Source: an uncultured virus (IMG/VR IMGVR_UViG_3300020187_000012)
Taxonomy: Duplodnaviria; Heunggongvirae; Uroviricota; Caudoviricetes
Reading direction: 5' to 3' (one strand)
DNA: 63,503 nucleotides
Virus record (IMG/VR): IMGVR_UViG_3300020187_000012
Location: 62,001-125,503 of that record
Numbering within the stretch: the first letter of the stretch is position 1; each line of letters begins with the position of its first letter. Position numbers and translations under genes: made by a program. This document shows, in pieces, positions 17,436-27,100 of this stretch. The notes below the pieces were generated by a model. It ran no database searches. It saw nothing but the letters and a program-made list of their open reading frames with translations, and was not told the origin of the DNA.

Positions 17436-19241
17436 ATGAAAGATACTATAAATTACGGCGCAGAATTTGGTTGGGAACTTGGTGTTGATTTCCCTGTATG
17501 GGCAAACACTGAAATTTACGTTAAGACGGTTTCAAAGGGTTACCTAATTGACGATGAGACACCAAAAGATGCTTATTGGAGAGTGGCAACGGCAATTGCG
17601 AAAAGACTTCAAAAGCCTGAGATGGCTAGTAAGTTTTATGATTACATTTGGAGAGGTTGGTTAAATCTTGCTACTCCAGTGTTCTCAAATACAGGTACTG
17701 AAAGAGGTTTACCAATCTCGTGTTTTGGTATTGATGTCGCCGATTCTATCTACGATATCGGTAACAAGAACTTAGAGTTAATGCTTTTAGCGAAGCACGG
17801 TGGTGGCGTTGGTATTGGTGTAAACCAAATTAGACCAGCTGGTGCAAATATAAAAGGTAATGGTACATCTGATGGTGTGGTTCCGTTTATTAAAATTTAT
17901 GACTCAACAATACTTGCAACTAATCAAGGTTCTGTTCGTAGAGGTGCTGCTTCTGTAAATATAGATATTGAGCATGCTGATTTCTGGGAATGGTTAGAGA
18001 TTCGTGAGCCTAAGGGTGATGTAAACCGTCAATCATTAAACGTACATCAATGTGTTGTAGTTTCAGATGGTTTTATGCAAAAGCTAGAAGCTGGTGATAA
18101 AGAATCACGTAAAAGATGGGCGGCAGTTCTTAGAAAGCGTCGTTCAACTGGTGAGCCTTACATTATGTTTAAGGGCAATGTTAATAGAGCAAATCCAGAC
18201 GCATACAAAAACAATGGTCTTAAAGTTTATATGACAAATATTTGTTCTGAGATTGCGTTACATACTGATGAAAATCATTCATTTGTTTGTTGTCTATCTT
18301 CAGTTAACTTACAGAAGTATGACGAATGGAAAAATACTGACCTTATTTATACTGCAACATGGTTCCTTGATGGTGTTTTAGAAGAATTTCTTGCAAGAGC
18401 AAAATACATGAGAGGTTTTGAAAATTCAGTACGTTCTGCAGAAAAAGGTAGAGCACTTGGTTTGGGTGTACTTGGATGGCACACATACTTACAAGAGCGT
18501 AATATTCCTTTTGATTCTATAGGTGCTCAGTTTGAAACTCGTAAAATCTTTTCTCAAATCAAGATTGAATCTGAAAGAGCTTCTAGAGATATGGCACAAG
18601 AATATGGTGAACCACTTTGGTGTGTTGGTACTGGAATGCGCAACACTCACTTAAGAGCTATTGCACCGACTGTATCAAACTCAAAGTTATCAGGTAATGT
18701 ATCACCAGGTATTGAACCTTGGGCTGCTAACGTGTTTACTGAACAAACATCAAAGGGTACCTTTATTAGAAAGAACCCAACCCTTGAAAAATTCTTAAAC
18801 GCCGCAAAGTTAAATACAAAAGATATTTGGAATAAAATTCTTATTGATGGTGGTTCAGTTCAAGATGTTAAAGAATTTGAAGGTTGGTATGGGAAACACG
18901 CAACAGTTGGTGAGTACATTAACCAAAAAAAGTACGACAAATTATCTAAATTAGAAAAAGATGAATGGACACCAATCAAAGAAGTGTTTTTAACTTTCAA
19001 AGAACTAAACCAAATGGAATTAGTTAAGCAAGCTGGTGTCCGTCAACAGTATATTGACCAGGCGGCATCACTAAACTTAGCGTTCCCAACAGAAGCTACT
19101 CCAAAGTTTATTAACCAAGTACACATGGAGGCATACAAACAAGGTGTAAAGACTCTCTATTACATGAGAACTGAATCAGTCCTTAGAGGTGATATTGCAA
19201 CTAGAGCAACAGATCCGGACTGTCTTTCATGTGATGGATAA
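17436..19241 (+). CDS. nrdA: Ribonucleotide reductase class I alpha subunit, without ATP-cone
   Basis: ATPV, SCF, TNICSEI, APT, KTLYY, C-terminal CLSC. Confidence 0.96.
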   Translation: MKDTINYGAEFGWELGVDFPVWANTEIYVKTVSKGYLIDDETPKDAYWRVATAIAKRLQKPEMASKFYDYIWRGWLNLATPVFSNTGTERGLPISCFGIDVADSIYDIGNKNLELMLLAKHGGGVGIGVNQIRPAGANIKGNGTSDGVVPFIKIYDSTILATNQGSVRRGAASVNIDIEHADFWEWLEIREPKGDVNRQSLNVHQCVVVSDGFMQKLEAGDKESRKRWAAVLRKRRSTGEPYIMFKGNVNRANPDAYKNNGLKVYMTNICSEIALHTDENHSFVCCLSSVNLQKYDEWKNTDLIYTATWFLDGVLEEFLARAKYMRGFENSVRSAEKGRALGLGVLGWHTYLQERNIPFDSIGAQFETRKIFSQIKIESERASRDMAQEYGEPLWCVGTGMRNTHLRAIAPTVSNSKLSGNVSPGIEPWAANVFTEQTSKGTFIRKNPTLEKFLNAAKLNTKDIWNKILIDGGSVQDVKEFEGWYGKHATVGEYINQKKYDKLSKLEKDEWTPIKEVFLTFKELNQMELVKQAGVRQQYIDQAASLNLAFPTEATPKFINQVHMEAYKQGVKTLYYMRTESVLRGDIATRATDPDCLSCDG

Positions 19242-19247
19242 ACGTCT

Positions 19248-19332
19248 GTGTGGTTTGAAGACCACACCTTAGGACCGTTCTTAGTGAACGGATTAGAAGC
19301 CAGGGGTTCGCTACTTCCTGGCTTCGCTTTTT
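19248..19332 (+). ncRNA. Three-hairpin structured element / terminator after nrdA
   Basis: gtgtggt/accacac, ccgttc/gaacgg, gaagccagg/cctggcttc. Confidence 0.45.
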
Positions 19333-19334
19333 AT

Positions 19335-19362
19335 GAAACAATCATATTTTAATCTATATAAT
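19335..19362 (+). promoter_or_regulatory. Putative middle promoter GAAACA-N16-TATAAT
   Basis: Recurrent bipartite motif. Confidence 0.7.
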
Positions 19363-19398
19363 AAATGTATTGTCGCTACTAAAAATATACAATACATT

Positions 19399-19761
19399 AT
19401 GGAAATACTTTATTTTGTTTTAGGTATGCTTACAGTGGTAACTTTAGTTGCTGTTGCGGGTGTGGTTAAGATTAAAAGAGAAATGTCAGAAATGGTTGAT
19501 GACCGTTTAGACCAAACAGTAAACCACCTTTCAAGTTACATTGAAAAGGTAGAACGCTACAGCGATGCCGTCGAATCTCGTATAGATTCAGAAGTCGCCA
19601 AACTTTACAAATATGTAGACGAACTACATTCAAAACACGAGGATGACTTAAACGAGTTATATCGTTATGTTGATTCTCGCACAGACAAAATGGCAGATAA
19701 TGTCTCTAAACATATTGCCGAAATTAATCAAGAGTTAGATAGTCTAACTAAACACCTTTAA
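19399..19761 (+). CDS. Membrane-anchored coiled-coil protein
   Basis: ATG at 19399 after promoter; N-terminal TM (ILYFVLGMLTVVTLVAVAGVV), then heptad-like repeats. Confidence 0.75.
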   Translation: MEILYFVLGMLTVVTLVAVAGVVKIKREMSEMVDDRLDQTVNHLSSYIEKVERYSDAVESRIDSEVAKLYKYVDELHSKHEDDLNELYRYVDSRTDKMADNVSKHIAEINQELDSLTKHL

Positions 19762-19779
19762 AAATAAAGCGACAATACA

Positions 19780-19803
19780 GAGAGGACTTCGGTCCTCTTT
19801 TTT
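19780..19803 (+). terminator. Intrinsic terminator
   Basis: agaggac-ttcg-gtcctct plus T-tract. Confidence 0.9.
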
Positions 19804-19809
19804 ATTATT

Positions 19810-19837
19810 GAAACATTCCCACATTAATCCATATAAT
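19810..19837 (+). promoter_or_regulatory. Putative middle promoter GAAACA-N16-TATAAT
   Basis: Recurrent bipartite motif. Confidence 0.7.
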
Positions 19838-19864
19838 AGTTATACAATTTTAAAAAAATAATAA

Positions 19865-20614
19865 ATGAAACTTCAAATTAACCGTATTGACCAGAATAGT
19901 TTGGTTGAGTTTGTTAACAAACTTAAAACAATTGACACGTTCTTGTACTTCAAATTACGTAATGGTAAAGTAACATCCGCTGTTTACTTACCACAAAGAG
20001 ATGCAGTGAAATTGCACACAGCTCCAATTTCAGATTTGTTTTCAATCTCAGAAGCTTTACCAGAAGGTAAAGAACTTAAAGTAGCTTTCTTTGATGCAAC
20101 TAAAGTATTAGATGCAATTAAGATGTTCCAGTCTGACCAGATTCAAGGTGAGATGGAATTTCAAGAAAACGAAGAAGACTTTGTATGTACATCACTTAAA
20201 CTGTACAATGAAGAACTTGAAATTACATTAGCGTGTTCAGACCCATCATTAGGTTTCAAAGACCTTACAGATGCACAGCTTGAAACTATTTTTGACCGTG
20301 AAGGTACAGACTTTGATTTTGTACTAGATACGTTTACATTAGGTAAAATCCGTTCACTATTCTCTCTTGACAAAGAAGAAACATTTTCAATCACTGCTTC
20401 AAACGAAGAAGTACGCGTTCAAGGTAAAACTTATAACTATCAAGCTAATCAAGCGTTTAATGGTAAGGCTTCAGAGGCTACACTTTATAAGAAATATCTT
20501 AACCTACTAGACCGTGAAGAATACAGTGTTTATGTTTCTCGCAATAAAGTAGTTATGAAGTCTAATGACTCAGAGACACTACTAACAATTGCTACTTGTC
20601 AAACAGCGGGATAA
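19865..20614 (+). CDS. Putative sliding clamp (gp45/PCNA-like)
   Basis: 249 aa, beta-rich two-domain pattern, translationally coupled to the polymerase C-terminal subunit. Confidence 0.6.
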   Translation: MKLQINRIDQNSLVEFVNKLKTIDTFLYFKLRNGKVTSAVYLPQRDAVKLHTAPISDLFSISEALPEGKELKVAFFDATKVLDAIKMFQSDQIQGEMEFQENEEDFVCTSLKLYNEELEITLACSDPSLGFKDLTDAQLETIFDREGTDFDFVLDTFTLGKIRSLFSLDKEETFSITASNEEVRVQGKTYNYQANQAFNGKASEATLYKKYLNLLDREEYSVYVSRNKVVMKSNDSETLLTIATCQTAG

Positions 20615-21831
20615 TGACATTAGAAGAGTTACAGAACACCCCGGTCGACTCACTCGGTAAAGAAGATTTGCAACGCTTGGCAGCTCACTATGATCAGTTA
20701 GCTGCCAAGTTCACTGCATATGAGCAAGCGGTAAAAGTTACATTAAACTCTATCTACGGTGCCTTTGGTAATAAGTGGTTTCACTTCTTCAATATTGATA
20801 TTGCTGAATCAATCACGCTACAAAGTCAGAATGCAATTTTATATTCTGAGCAAATTTTAAACAAGTATGTTCAGGAGTTTTGGCATAAGGATACACAGGT
20901 TCACGAAGAACTTGGTATTACTAAAGTTAAAAGTCCATGTAATGAACCGTCAGTTATTTATATTGACACAGATTCTTGTTATGTACAGTTTGATGAATTG
21001 TACAATACTGTTGTTTGGGAAGATGAAGCAAACAAACCAGACATTGATACATTTATTTTAGCACTATACGACAAGCGACTAAAGCTATACATAGAGAAAT
21101 GTATGCAAAAGTATGCTGACGCAACTAACACAGATAACTTCCTTGTTTTTGAACTTGAATCAGTTGCATATGGTGGTATTTGGATGTCTAAGAAGAAATA
21201 CATTCAAGATATTGCATGGGATGATAAACTCCCAACAACTGAAAGACATACACCATTAAGTAAAGTTAAGACAATTGGATTTGATACCATTCAATCATCA
21301 ACACCAACATTTGCTCGTAAAAAATTAGCAGAAGCCCTTAAGGTTTTATTTACAGAACCTTCTGGTCCAACAGCTGAAACACTTGAGAAATTAGTTAAGT
21401 TTTTGAAAGAGTCTAAAAAAGAATTTAAGTTAGCACCACTTGATGATATATCTTTTAACAGACGTACAAACAACTTGGAAAAATACATCATTGACGATAC
21501 GGTTGAATTTCAGTTTGGTATGAAGTGCCCACCTAACGTGAAAGCTGCAGGTTATTACAACTTTACACTAAATAATAATTCAAAGTATAAATCAAAGTAC
21601 AAGATGATTGGTAATGGTGAAAAGCTTAAGATTTATAACTCAATTGATAAAAACGGTTTATGTGATATCTTCGCGTACCTTCCAGGTTCACACCCTTATG
21701 AGATTGCACCGCCGGTTGATTACGAAACACAATTTGAGAAATGTATTATTGACCCATTGAATAGGGTATTAGTCGCAGTTGGTCTTCATACTATCAACCG
21801 TAACCTAATTTATTCAACATCTTTATTTTAG
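20614..21831 (+). CDS. Family-B DNA polymerase, C-terminal subunit (motifs B and C, thumb)
   Basis: KVTLNSIYGAFGN, YIDTDS, KKKY; C-terminal STSLF clamp-binding-like tail; ATG 20614 overlaps the upstream stop. Confidence 0.92.
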   Translation: MTLEELQNTPVDSLGKEDLQRLAAHYDQLAAKFTAYEQAVKVTLNSIYGAFGNKWFHFFNIDIAESITLQSQNAILYSEQILNKYVQEFWHKDTQVHEELGITKVKSPCNEPSVIYIDTDSCYVQFDELYNTVVWEDEANKPDIDTFILALYDKRLKLYIEKCMQKYADATNTDNFLVFELESVAYGGIWMSKKKYIQDIAWDDKLPTTERHTPLSKVKTIGFDTIQSSTPTFARKKLAEALKVLFTEPSGPTAETLEKLVKFLKESKKEFKLAPLDDISFNRRTNNLEKYIIDDTVEFQFGMKCPPNVKAAGYYNFTLNNNSKYKSKYKMIGNGEKLKIYNSIDKNGLCDIFAYLPGSHPYEIAPPVDYETQFEKCIIDPLNRVLVAVGLHTINRNLIYSTSLF

Positions 21832-21859
21832 AAACAAACGCGTGATTATAACGTATAAT
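21831..21859 (+). promoter_or_regulatory. Putative middle promoter GAAACA-N17-TATAAT
   Basis: Recurrent bipartite motif. Confidence 0.7.
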
Positions 21860-21866
21860 AGTTATT

Positions 21867-22007
21867 ATGGAAAATAAAAACAACGCACTTGATATAGTGC
21901 AAAAGATTTTAGAATTACACGTACAATATCCAAACGACCAAGAGTTCGGTGGTGAAGTGCGTAAAATAATGTGGAATAAAACCCACGGTGAAAACGTAAC
22001 ATATTAA
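21867..22007 (+). CDS. Small protein with YPNDxEFGxxVR motif, 46 aa (absent from ORF track)
   Basis: ATG directly after promoter; motif recalled from small phage proteins. Confidence 0.7.
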   Translation: MENKNNALDIVQKILELHVQYPNDQEFGGEVRKIMWNKTHGENVTY

Positions 22008-22011
22008 TATT

Positions 22012-22206
22012 ATGAAAGATAATCTAACTGATAGAGAGAAATATTACGTAGAACGCTATGACTTTATTAACACAGAGTTAGGTCGTCTACAAAATGATAT
22101 GTTACATATTGAAGAAGCAACTGCTCGGTTGTTATCTGAACTACAGTCACTAAGACAAAAAGAGCAAATAGAATTTAAAGAAACAGAAACAGATGGCAAA
22201 GACTAA
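22012..22206 (+). CDS. Small coiled-coil hypothetical protein
   Basis: ORF overlapping uvsX start. Confidence 0.65.
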   Translation: MKDNLTDREKYYVERYDFINTELGRLQNDMLHIEEATARLLSELQSLRQKEQIEFKETETDGKD

Positions 22207-23317
22207 AAAACAATTTACGTTCAACGACTTAAATGCTGAACTAAGTAACTTAAATCCACTCGGTTCCGTGATGGAACAATCTACGTTTTCTGACGTTACA
22301 GAATGGATCGACACTGGTAATTACCACTTGAACGCTTGTGTATCAGGTTCACTTTTTGGTGGTTGGCCAAATAACAGATCTTGTTCAATTGCAGGTCCCT
22401 CGGGTACTGGTAAGACATTCCTTATTTTGAATTCAATTCGCGAGGCAATAAATATGGGGTACTCAATTGTATTTTACGATTCTGAAGCTGCTGTTGATAA
22501 AGACCTTATGATTAAGTTTGGTATTGATACGTCTAAAGTAAACTACCAACCAGTAAATACAGTTCAAGATTTCCGGACGTCTATCACAACAATTACGGGT
22601 AGAATGCAAGAAGTTAAAAGATCTGGTGGTGAAGTGCCTAAGATTATGATTATCTTAGATTCAGCTGGTAACTTAGCAACTGCAAAAGAAATTGATGATG
22701 CACGTTCAGGTTCAGAGAAATCAGATATGACACGTTCAAAGATTCTCAAGTCAATCTTCCGTATCATTATGACACCAATGGCTGACCTTAAGATTCCATT
22801 CCTGTTTACAAACCACACGTACCAAACACAAGACTTTATTTCACGTCAAGTTGCAGGTGGTGGTACAGGTCCAGAATACGCAGCATCTATTTGTTTATTC
22901 TTAGGTAAAGCACAGTTGAAAGATTCATCTGGTGATAAAGCGGGTATTATTGTTACGGCTAAGCCAAACAAAAACCGTTTTGCAAAACCACATCCAATCA
23001 AATTCCACTTACATTATACTGAAGGTATGAACAAGTATGTTGGTCTTGAGCAATATATTGATTGGGAAGATATAGGTATTACTAGGGGTACTATCGAAAA
23101 AGGTGTAAAAATACCCAAGTCAACTGCAAGAAATTGGATTTGTAAACACTTAGATGGAACTGTAAGCAATGCTGATTTCTTTAGTGAAAAAGTATTTACA
23201 AAAGAAATTCTTGAAAAGATTGAAGAAAAGATTAAACCGTTATTTAATTACGGTACAAATCTGGGCATTGATTATGATTCAATTATAGACTTCGACACTG
23301 ATGATCTTAACGATTAA
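22193..23317 (+). CDS. uvsX: UvsX RecA-like recombinase
   Basis: GPSGTGKT, YDSE, ILDS, NHTY, GGG.G..YAAS. Confidence 0.93.
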   Translation: MAKTKKQFTFNDLNAELSNLNPLGSVMEQSTFSDVTEWIDTGNYHLNACVSGSLFGGWPNNRSCSIAGPSGTGKTFLILNSIREAINMGYSIVFYDSEAAVDKDLMIKFGIDTSKVNYQPVNTVQDFRTSITTITGRMQEVKRSGGEVPKIMIILDSAGNLATAKEIDDARSGSEKSDMTRSKILKSIFRIIMTPMADLKIPFLFTNHTYQTQDFISRQVAGGGTGPEYAASICLFLGKAQLKDSSGDKAGIIVTAKPNKNRFAKPHPIKFHLHYTEGMNKYVGLEQYIDWEDIGITRGTIEKGVKIPKSTARNWICKHLDGTVSNADFFSEKVFTKEILEKIEEKIKPLFNYGTNLGIDYDSIIDFDTDDLND

Positions 23318-23606
23318 TGAAGACTCAACGCCTATAAAATACATCTTAGGCATTGAGAAAGACTTACCTGGATATCCTGAACCAATGGACATATTGTACC
23401 ATACAATAGAACTTGCGGTCAGGAATCCCAAAAGATATAAAGGAACCTTTACAAGACACCATTGTGTGACGTATTGGTTTAAAGATGTTGATGAATCTAT
23501 TGTTGATGAATCAATAAACAAGTTAACACAATCAGGTCATGTACTACAAACAAACACAGACCCTGGAAAAGAATCATATAAAGTAATTATAAATCCATTT
23601 GAATGA
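23301..23606 (+). CDS. Hypothetical protein (possibly winged helix)
   Basis: Coupled ORF in operon. Confidence 0.6.
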   Translation: MILTINEDSTPIKYILGIEKDLPGYPEPMDILYHTIELAVRNPKRYKGTFTRHHCVTYWFKDVDESIVDESINKLTQSGHVLQTNTDPGKESYKVIINPFE

Positions 23607-24175
23607 TAGCAGTATTTGACGATTTCCTAGACCAGGAAATGCTAAACGAAATTAAGAACGATTCAACGTTCTTCCAAGATCCAGGTGTGTATTATTATTG
23701 GGCTGGTCCATGGAACGACCAACCGACCAATACATTAAAAAAGAGACTTATTGAAAAGTTATGGCTTACGAGTTCGCCTCTTAGTTTTTCTTTTCAATTA
23801 ACCGGCTTTGAGTACTGGACTGGTATACAGACTGCAAACCCTAAGATTGGGCATAAAAATATATTAGGCCCACACTACGACAAAGATGAGGCTTTATTTA
23901 AAAAGACAGGTGAAATTGTTACACCATTTATTGGAACAGTTTACTATCCTGGAATTGAAGAATGGGAAGGTGGCGACCTAGCAGTTTATACTGATGGTGT
24001 TGATAAATCTCCTGAAATAGTTAAAGCAAAACCAAACCGTTTAATTATATTTCAAGCCGGTCAACATGTACATGAGGTACTTCCAGTTACTAAAGGTACT
24101 CGACATGCAATTGCAATTAATCTATGGGCTCAGGAGCCGTATGCTTTAGAAGCCGGCGAACTTACGGTTGAGTAG
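23603..24175 (+). CDS. 2OG-Fe(II) oxygenase (prolyl-hydroxylase-like)
   Basis: HYD, GGDL, NRLIIF, HEV.PV..G.R motifs. Confidence 0.85.
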   Translation: MIAVFDDFLDQEMLNEIKNDSTFFQDPGVYYYWAGPWNDQPTNTLKKRLIEKLWLTSSPLSFSFQLTGFEYWTGIQTANPKIGHKNILGPHYDKDEALFKKTGEIVTPFIGTVYYPGIEEWEGGDLAVYTDGVDKSPEIVKAKPNRLIIFQAGQHVHEVLPVTKGTRHAIAINLWAQEPYALEAGELTVE

Positions 24176-24179
24176 TAAC

Positions 24180-24207
24180 GAAACATATACACAATAACGT
24201 GTATAAT
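24180..24207 (+). promoter_or_regulatory. Putative middle promoter GAAACA-N16-TATAAT
   Basis: Recurrent bipartite motif. Confidence 0.7.
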
Positions 24208-24225
24208 AGTTGTAAATAAAAAAAC

Positions 24226-25539
24226 ATGCAGTTTAACCAAGACTTCGAGAAAATATTCTTTAAACTATCTTTAAAGAAACCTAAATATTTAGAAAGCATT
24301 AAGACGGATTTCTATACGTCTGAAGAGATTGATATTTTATCAAGGCTTGCTTTTAAATTTTACGAAAAATATCATGAAACTCCGTCTAAAGAGCAAACTA
24401 AGTTATTAGCATCTCGTAGTAAATCTGCGAGCAAGATTAGTGAAGGTTTGATTGATATGATATTTGACGTTAGGCTTGAAGAATATGATGACGAATGGTT
24501 AACTTCAACGGCAGAGTCTTGGATTAAGTGGCGTACTTTCGATATTTCATTTATAGACACTGTAGAATTTATTAAAACTACAGATGTTTCTCCAGAAACT
24601 GTTGAATCCATTATTCAAAAAGCAAGGGGTTTAATTAACGATAGAAATAATATTACATTTAATTCAGACTTAGGTCTTGATTTCTTTGATCCTAATTCAC
24701 ATGACCAGAAGGAAACTGAAAAAGTTAGCTCGGGTTATAACTTTATTGATTACGCTTTAGGTGGTGGATATGATAAAGGTGGTAATTTAGTTGTTTATGC
24801 TGGAGAACAGAATATTGGTAAGTCTATATTCCTTGCAAATGACGCAGCAACTTCTGTTAAGATGGGTCACAACACTGCGGTAGTTACTGCAGAGATGGCA
24901 GCCCATAAATTTGTTAAACGTTTAGGTTCAAACTTATTGACTATTCCAGTTAACGAATATCAAGAGAAAGCTAAGAACAAAGATATGATTAAGCGTAAGC
25001 TTGAATCAGTCGGTAACGGCTTCACGCCACCGGGTCAATTATTTGTAAAGCAATTCCCAACTTCACAAGCAACGGTACTTGATATTGAAGCTTATCTATT
25101 ACAGATAGAAGAAGAGAAAAAGCTAAAGATGGATGTTGTAGTTATTGATTACATTAACATTTTGGCAAACTATAGAAACCAGAATACGGAAAACACATAT
25201 ATGAAGATTAAGCAGATTGCTGAAGACCTTCGTGCTATGGGTGTCCGTAATAACTGGTTAATTATTACAGCAACTCAGATTACCAGGTCTGGATACAATG
25301 CATCCGATATCTCTATGACTGACATTGCAGAATCTGCAGGTCTTTCACATACAGCGGATATTATGCTTGGTATTATTCAAGATGAATTAATGCATGCTGA
25401 ACATGAATACTGGTTAAAGATTTTAAAAATTAGAGATGGTGAGGGTAAAGGTGTTAAATGCCGCCTGACTATTAATTATAATTACATGAGACTAACTGAA
25501 ACTGATGATATTTCAGGTTCAAATATACACGCACTATAA
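24226..25539 (+). CDS. DnaB/gp41-like replicative helicase
   Basis: AGEQNIGKS, TAEM, IDYINI, ATQITR, AESAG...AD. Confidence 0.92.
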   Translation: MQFNQDFEKIFFKLSLKKPKYLESIKTDFYTSEEIDILSRLAFKFYEKYHETPSKEQTKLLASRSKSASKISEGLIDMIFDVRLEEYDDEWLTSTAESWIKWRTFDISFIDTVEFIKTTDVSPETVESIIQKARGLINDRNNITFNSDLGLDFFDPNSHDQKETEKVSSGYNFIDYALGGGYDKGGNLVVYAGEQNIGKSIFLANDAATSVKMGHNTAVVTAEMAAHKFVKRLGSNLLTIPVNEYQEKAKNKDMIKRKLESVGNGFTPPGQLFVKQFPTSQATVLDIEAYLLQIEEEKKLKMDVVVIDYINILANYRNQNTENTYMKIKQIAEDLRAMGVRNNWLIITATQITRSGYNASDISMTDIAESAGLSHTADIMLGIIQDELMHAEHEYWLKILKIRDGEGKGVKCRLTINYNYMRLTETDDISGSNIHAL

Positions 25540-25985
25540 TGGCTAGAACTAAAACAGATAAAATATTTGATAATAATTTTGAGAATACAGAGTTTGAATT
25601 AAACAGCAATGTTACATTCACTGTTAGTCCGCAATATTTAGATGATAGGGATGAAGAGGTAAAAATCGAACAGATTGCCTTACAAGAAGATATACACCAA
25701 CTTATTGAAAAAAGTAGATTTGCAGCTTTTAATAAGTTAGATGAATTTTCGCAAACTGAGAAATTAAAGAAAGATGACATTAACAATGTTTATGAATTTA
25801 TTTTTGAAGAGCTGCATCGTAAATATAACCCAATCGACATCTTTAGTGAATTATCCGATTACTTTAATGTAAATCCAAATAAGTTTTACAGCTCATTGGC
25901 AAATTCATTTAAAGAAAATCTTATTGAAGAATTAGATAAAAAAACAGGTATACTTAAGAGTAGAAACATAAACAGATTATTTTAA
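25539..25985 (+). CDS. Hypothetical protein
   Basis: Coupled ORF between helicase and gp47. Confidence 0.75.
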   Translation: MARTKTDKIFDNNFENTEFELNSNVTFTVSPQYLDDRDEEVKIEQIALQEDIHQLIEKSRFAAFNKLDEFSQTEKLKKDDINNVYEFIFEELHRKYNPIDIFSELSDYFNVNPNKFYSSLANSFKENLIEELDKKTGILKSRNINRLF

Positions 25986-27100
25986 TGATTAGCCAAGAAG
26001 TAAAAGACCAACCCGTAAAAAGAGTTTGGATTCTTGGTGATATGCACTTAGGTATTCGTTCAAACTCTAATGAATGGTTAGAAATCCAAAAGGACTTCTA
26101 TGAAAATCAATTTATCCCAACATTAAAAGAAAATGTTAAAGAAGGTGATATTTTAGTACAAGTAGGTGATGCGTTTGATAATAGACAGTCAATTAACTTA
26201 AAGGTGCTTAGCTATGCCGTAGACCTATTCGAGCGATTGGGTCAGATTCTACCAACCCATATTATTTGTGGTAACCACGATATTTGGGCAAAGAAGTCTA
26301 ATGAGATTACATCAATTGATTCACTTAAGTGGATTCCAAACGTTCAGATTTATAAAGAACCTGAACCTATGAAGTGGCACGACAAGAACATTTTGATGAT
26401 GCCTTGGAGGAGAGACCCACAACACGAAGCTGAAACGCTTGCCGAATTCCCATCAACAGATATTGTATTTTGTCATTCAGAAGTTCGAGGCATTTCACTA
26501 AACAATAAAGTGAAGAACATGCATGGTTCAGATGCCAATACTTTTTCAAAATATACTGCAGTTTATTCAGGTCATATTCACTATCGTCAAACTAAAGGTG
26601 CTTTGAGAATGGTTGGAACGCCATATGAATTAACGCGTTCAGATTCTGGTAATACCAAAGGTTTTGATATGGTTGATTTAGAAACTATGGAAGAGACGTT
26701 CTTTGAGAATACAGTATCACCTAAGTTTGTTAAGTTTAATCTTACAACCCTTTACAATGTTACACTGGGTGACTTTAAGCAACACATCTCCAATAACTTT
26801 GTAGACCTATTCGTTCCAAGTAAAATTGCAACAAACGCGTCCTTAAGTGCTTTAATCAATAGGGTTCAACGCGTTGCTAGAAAAATTGAACCAAATATTT
26901 ATCAAGAGCAAGATATTATTGATAAAGACCTTCATGACATGGAACAGATTGAGGGTGAATTTAAAAGCTATAATATTTTACATTTGTTTGATTCTTATGT
27001 TGATGCTTTATCACACGATAAAGAAATGAAACAAAAGATTAAAGAAGAACTAAAAAATGTATACAATAAGGTTGTTAACAATTACGACGTAGACCAATGA
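25985..27100 (+). CDS. gp47/SbcD-like recombination nuclease
   Basis: GDMHLG, GDAFDNR, GNHD, SGHIH metallophosphoesterase motifs. Confidence 0.92.
   Translation: MISQEVKDQPVKRVWILGDMHLGIRSNSNEWLEIQKDFYENQFIPTLKENVKEGDILVQVGDAFDNRQSINLKVLSYAVDLFERLGQILPTHIICGNHDIWAKKSNEITSIDSLKWIPNVQIYKEPEPMKWHDKNILMMPWRRDPQHEAETLAEFPSTDIVFCHSEVRGISLNNKVKNMHGSDANTFSKYTAVYSGHIHYRQTKGALRMVGTPYELTRSDSGNTKGFDMVDLETMEETFFENTVSPKFVKFNLTTLYNVTLGDFKQHISNNFVDLFVPSKIATNASLSALINRVQRVARKIEPNIYQEQDIIDKDLHDMEQIEGEFKSYNILHLFDSYVDALSHDKEMKQKIKEELKNVYNKVVNNYDVDQ

Noticed and set aside
14881..21831. Intein, group I intron or homing endonuclease explaining the polymerase split
   Set aside because: No intein terminal residues, LAGLIDADG/HNH/GIY-YIG ORF or intron core seen; the intervening genes are ordinary
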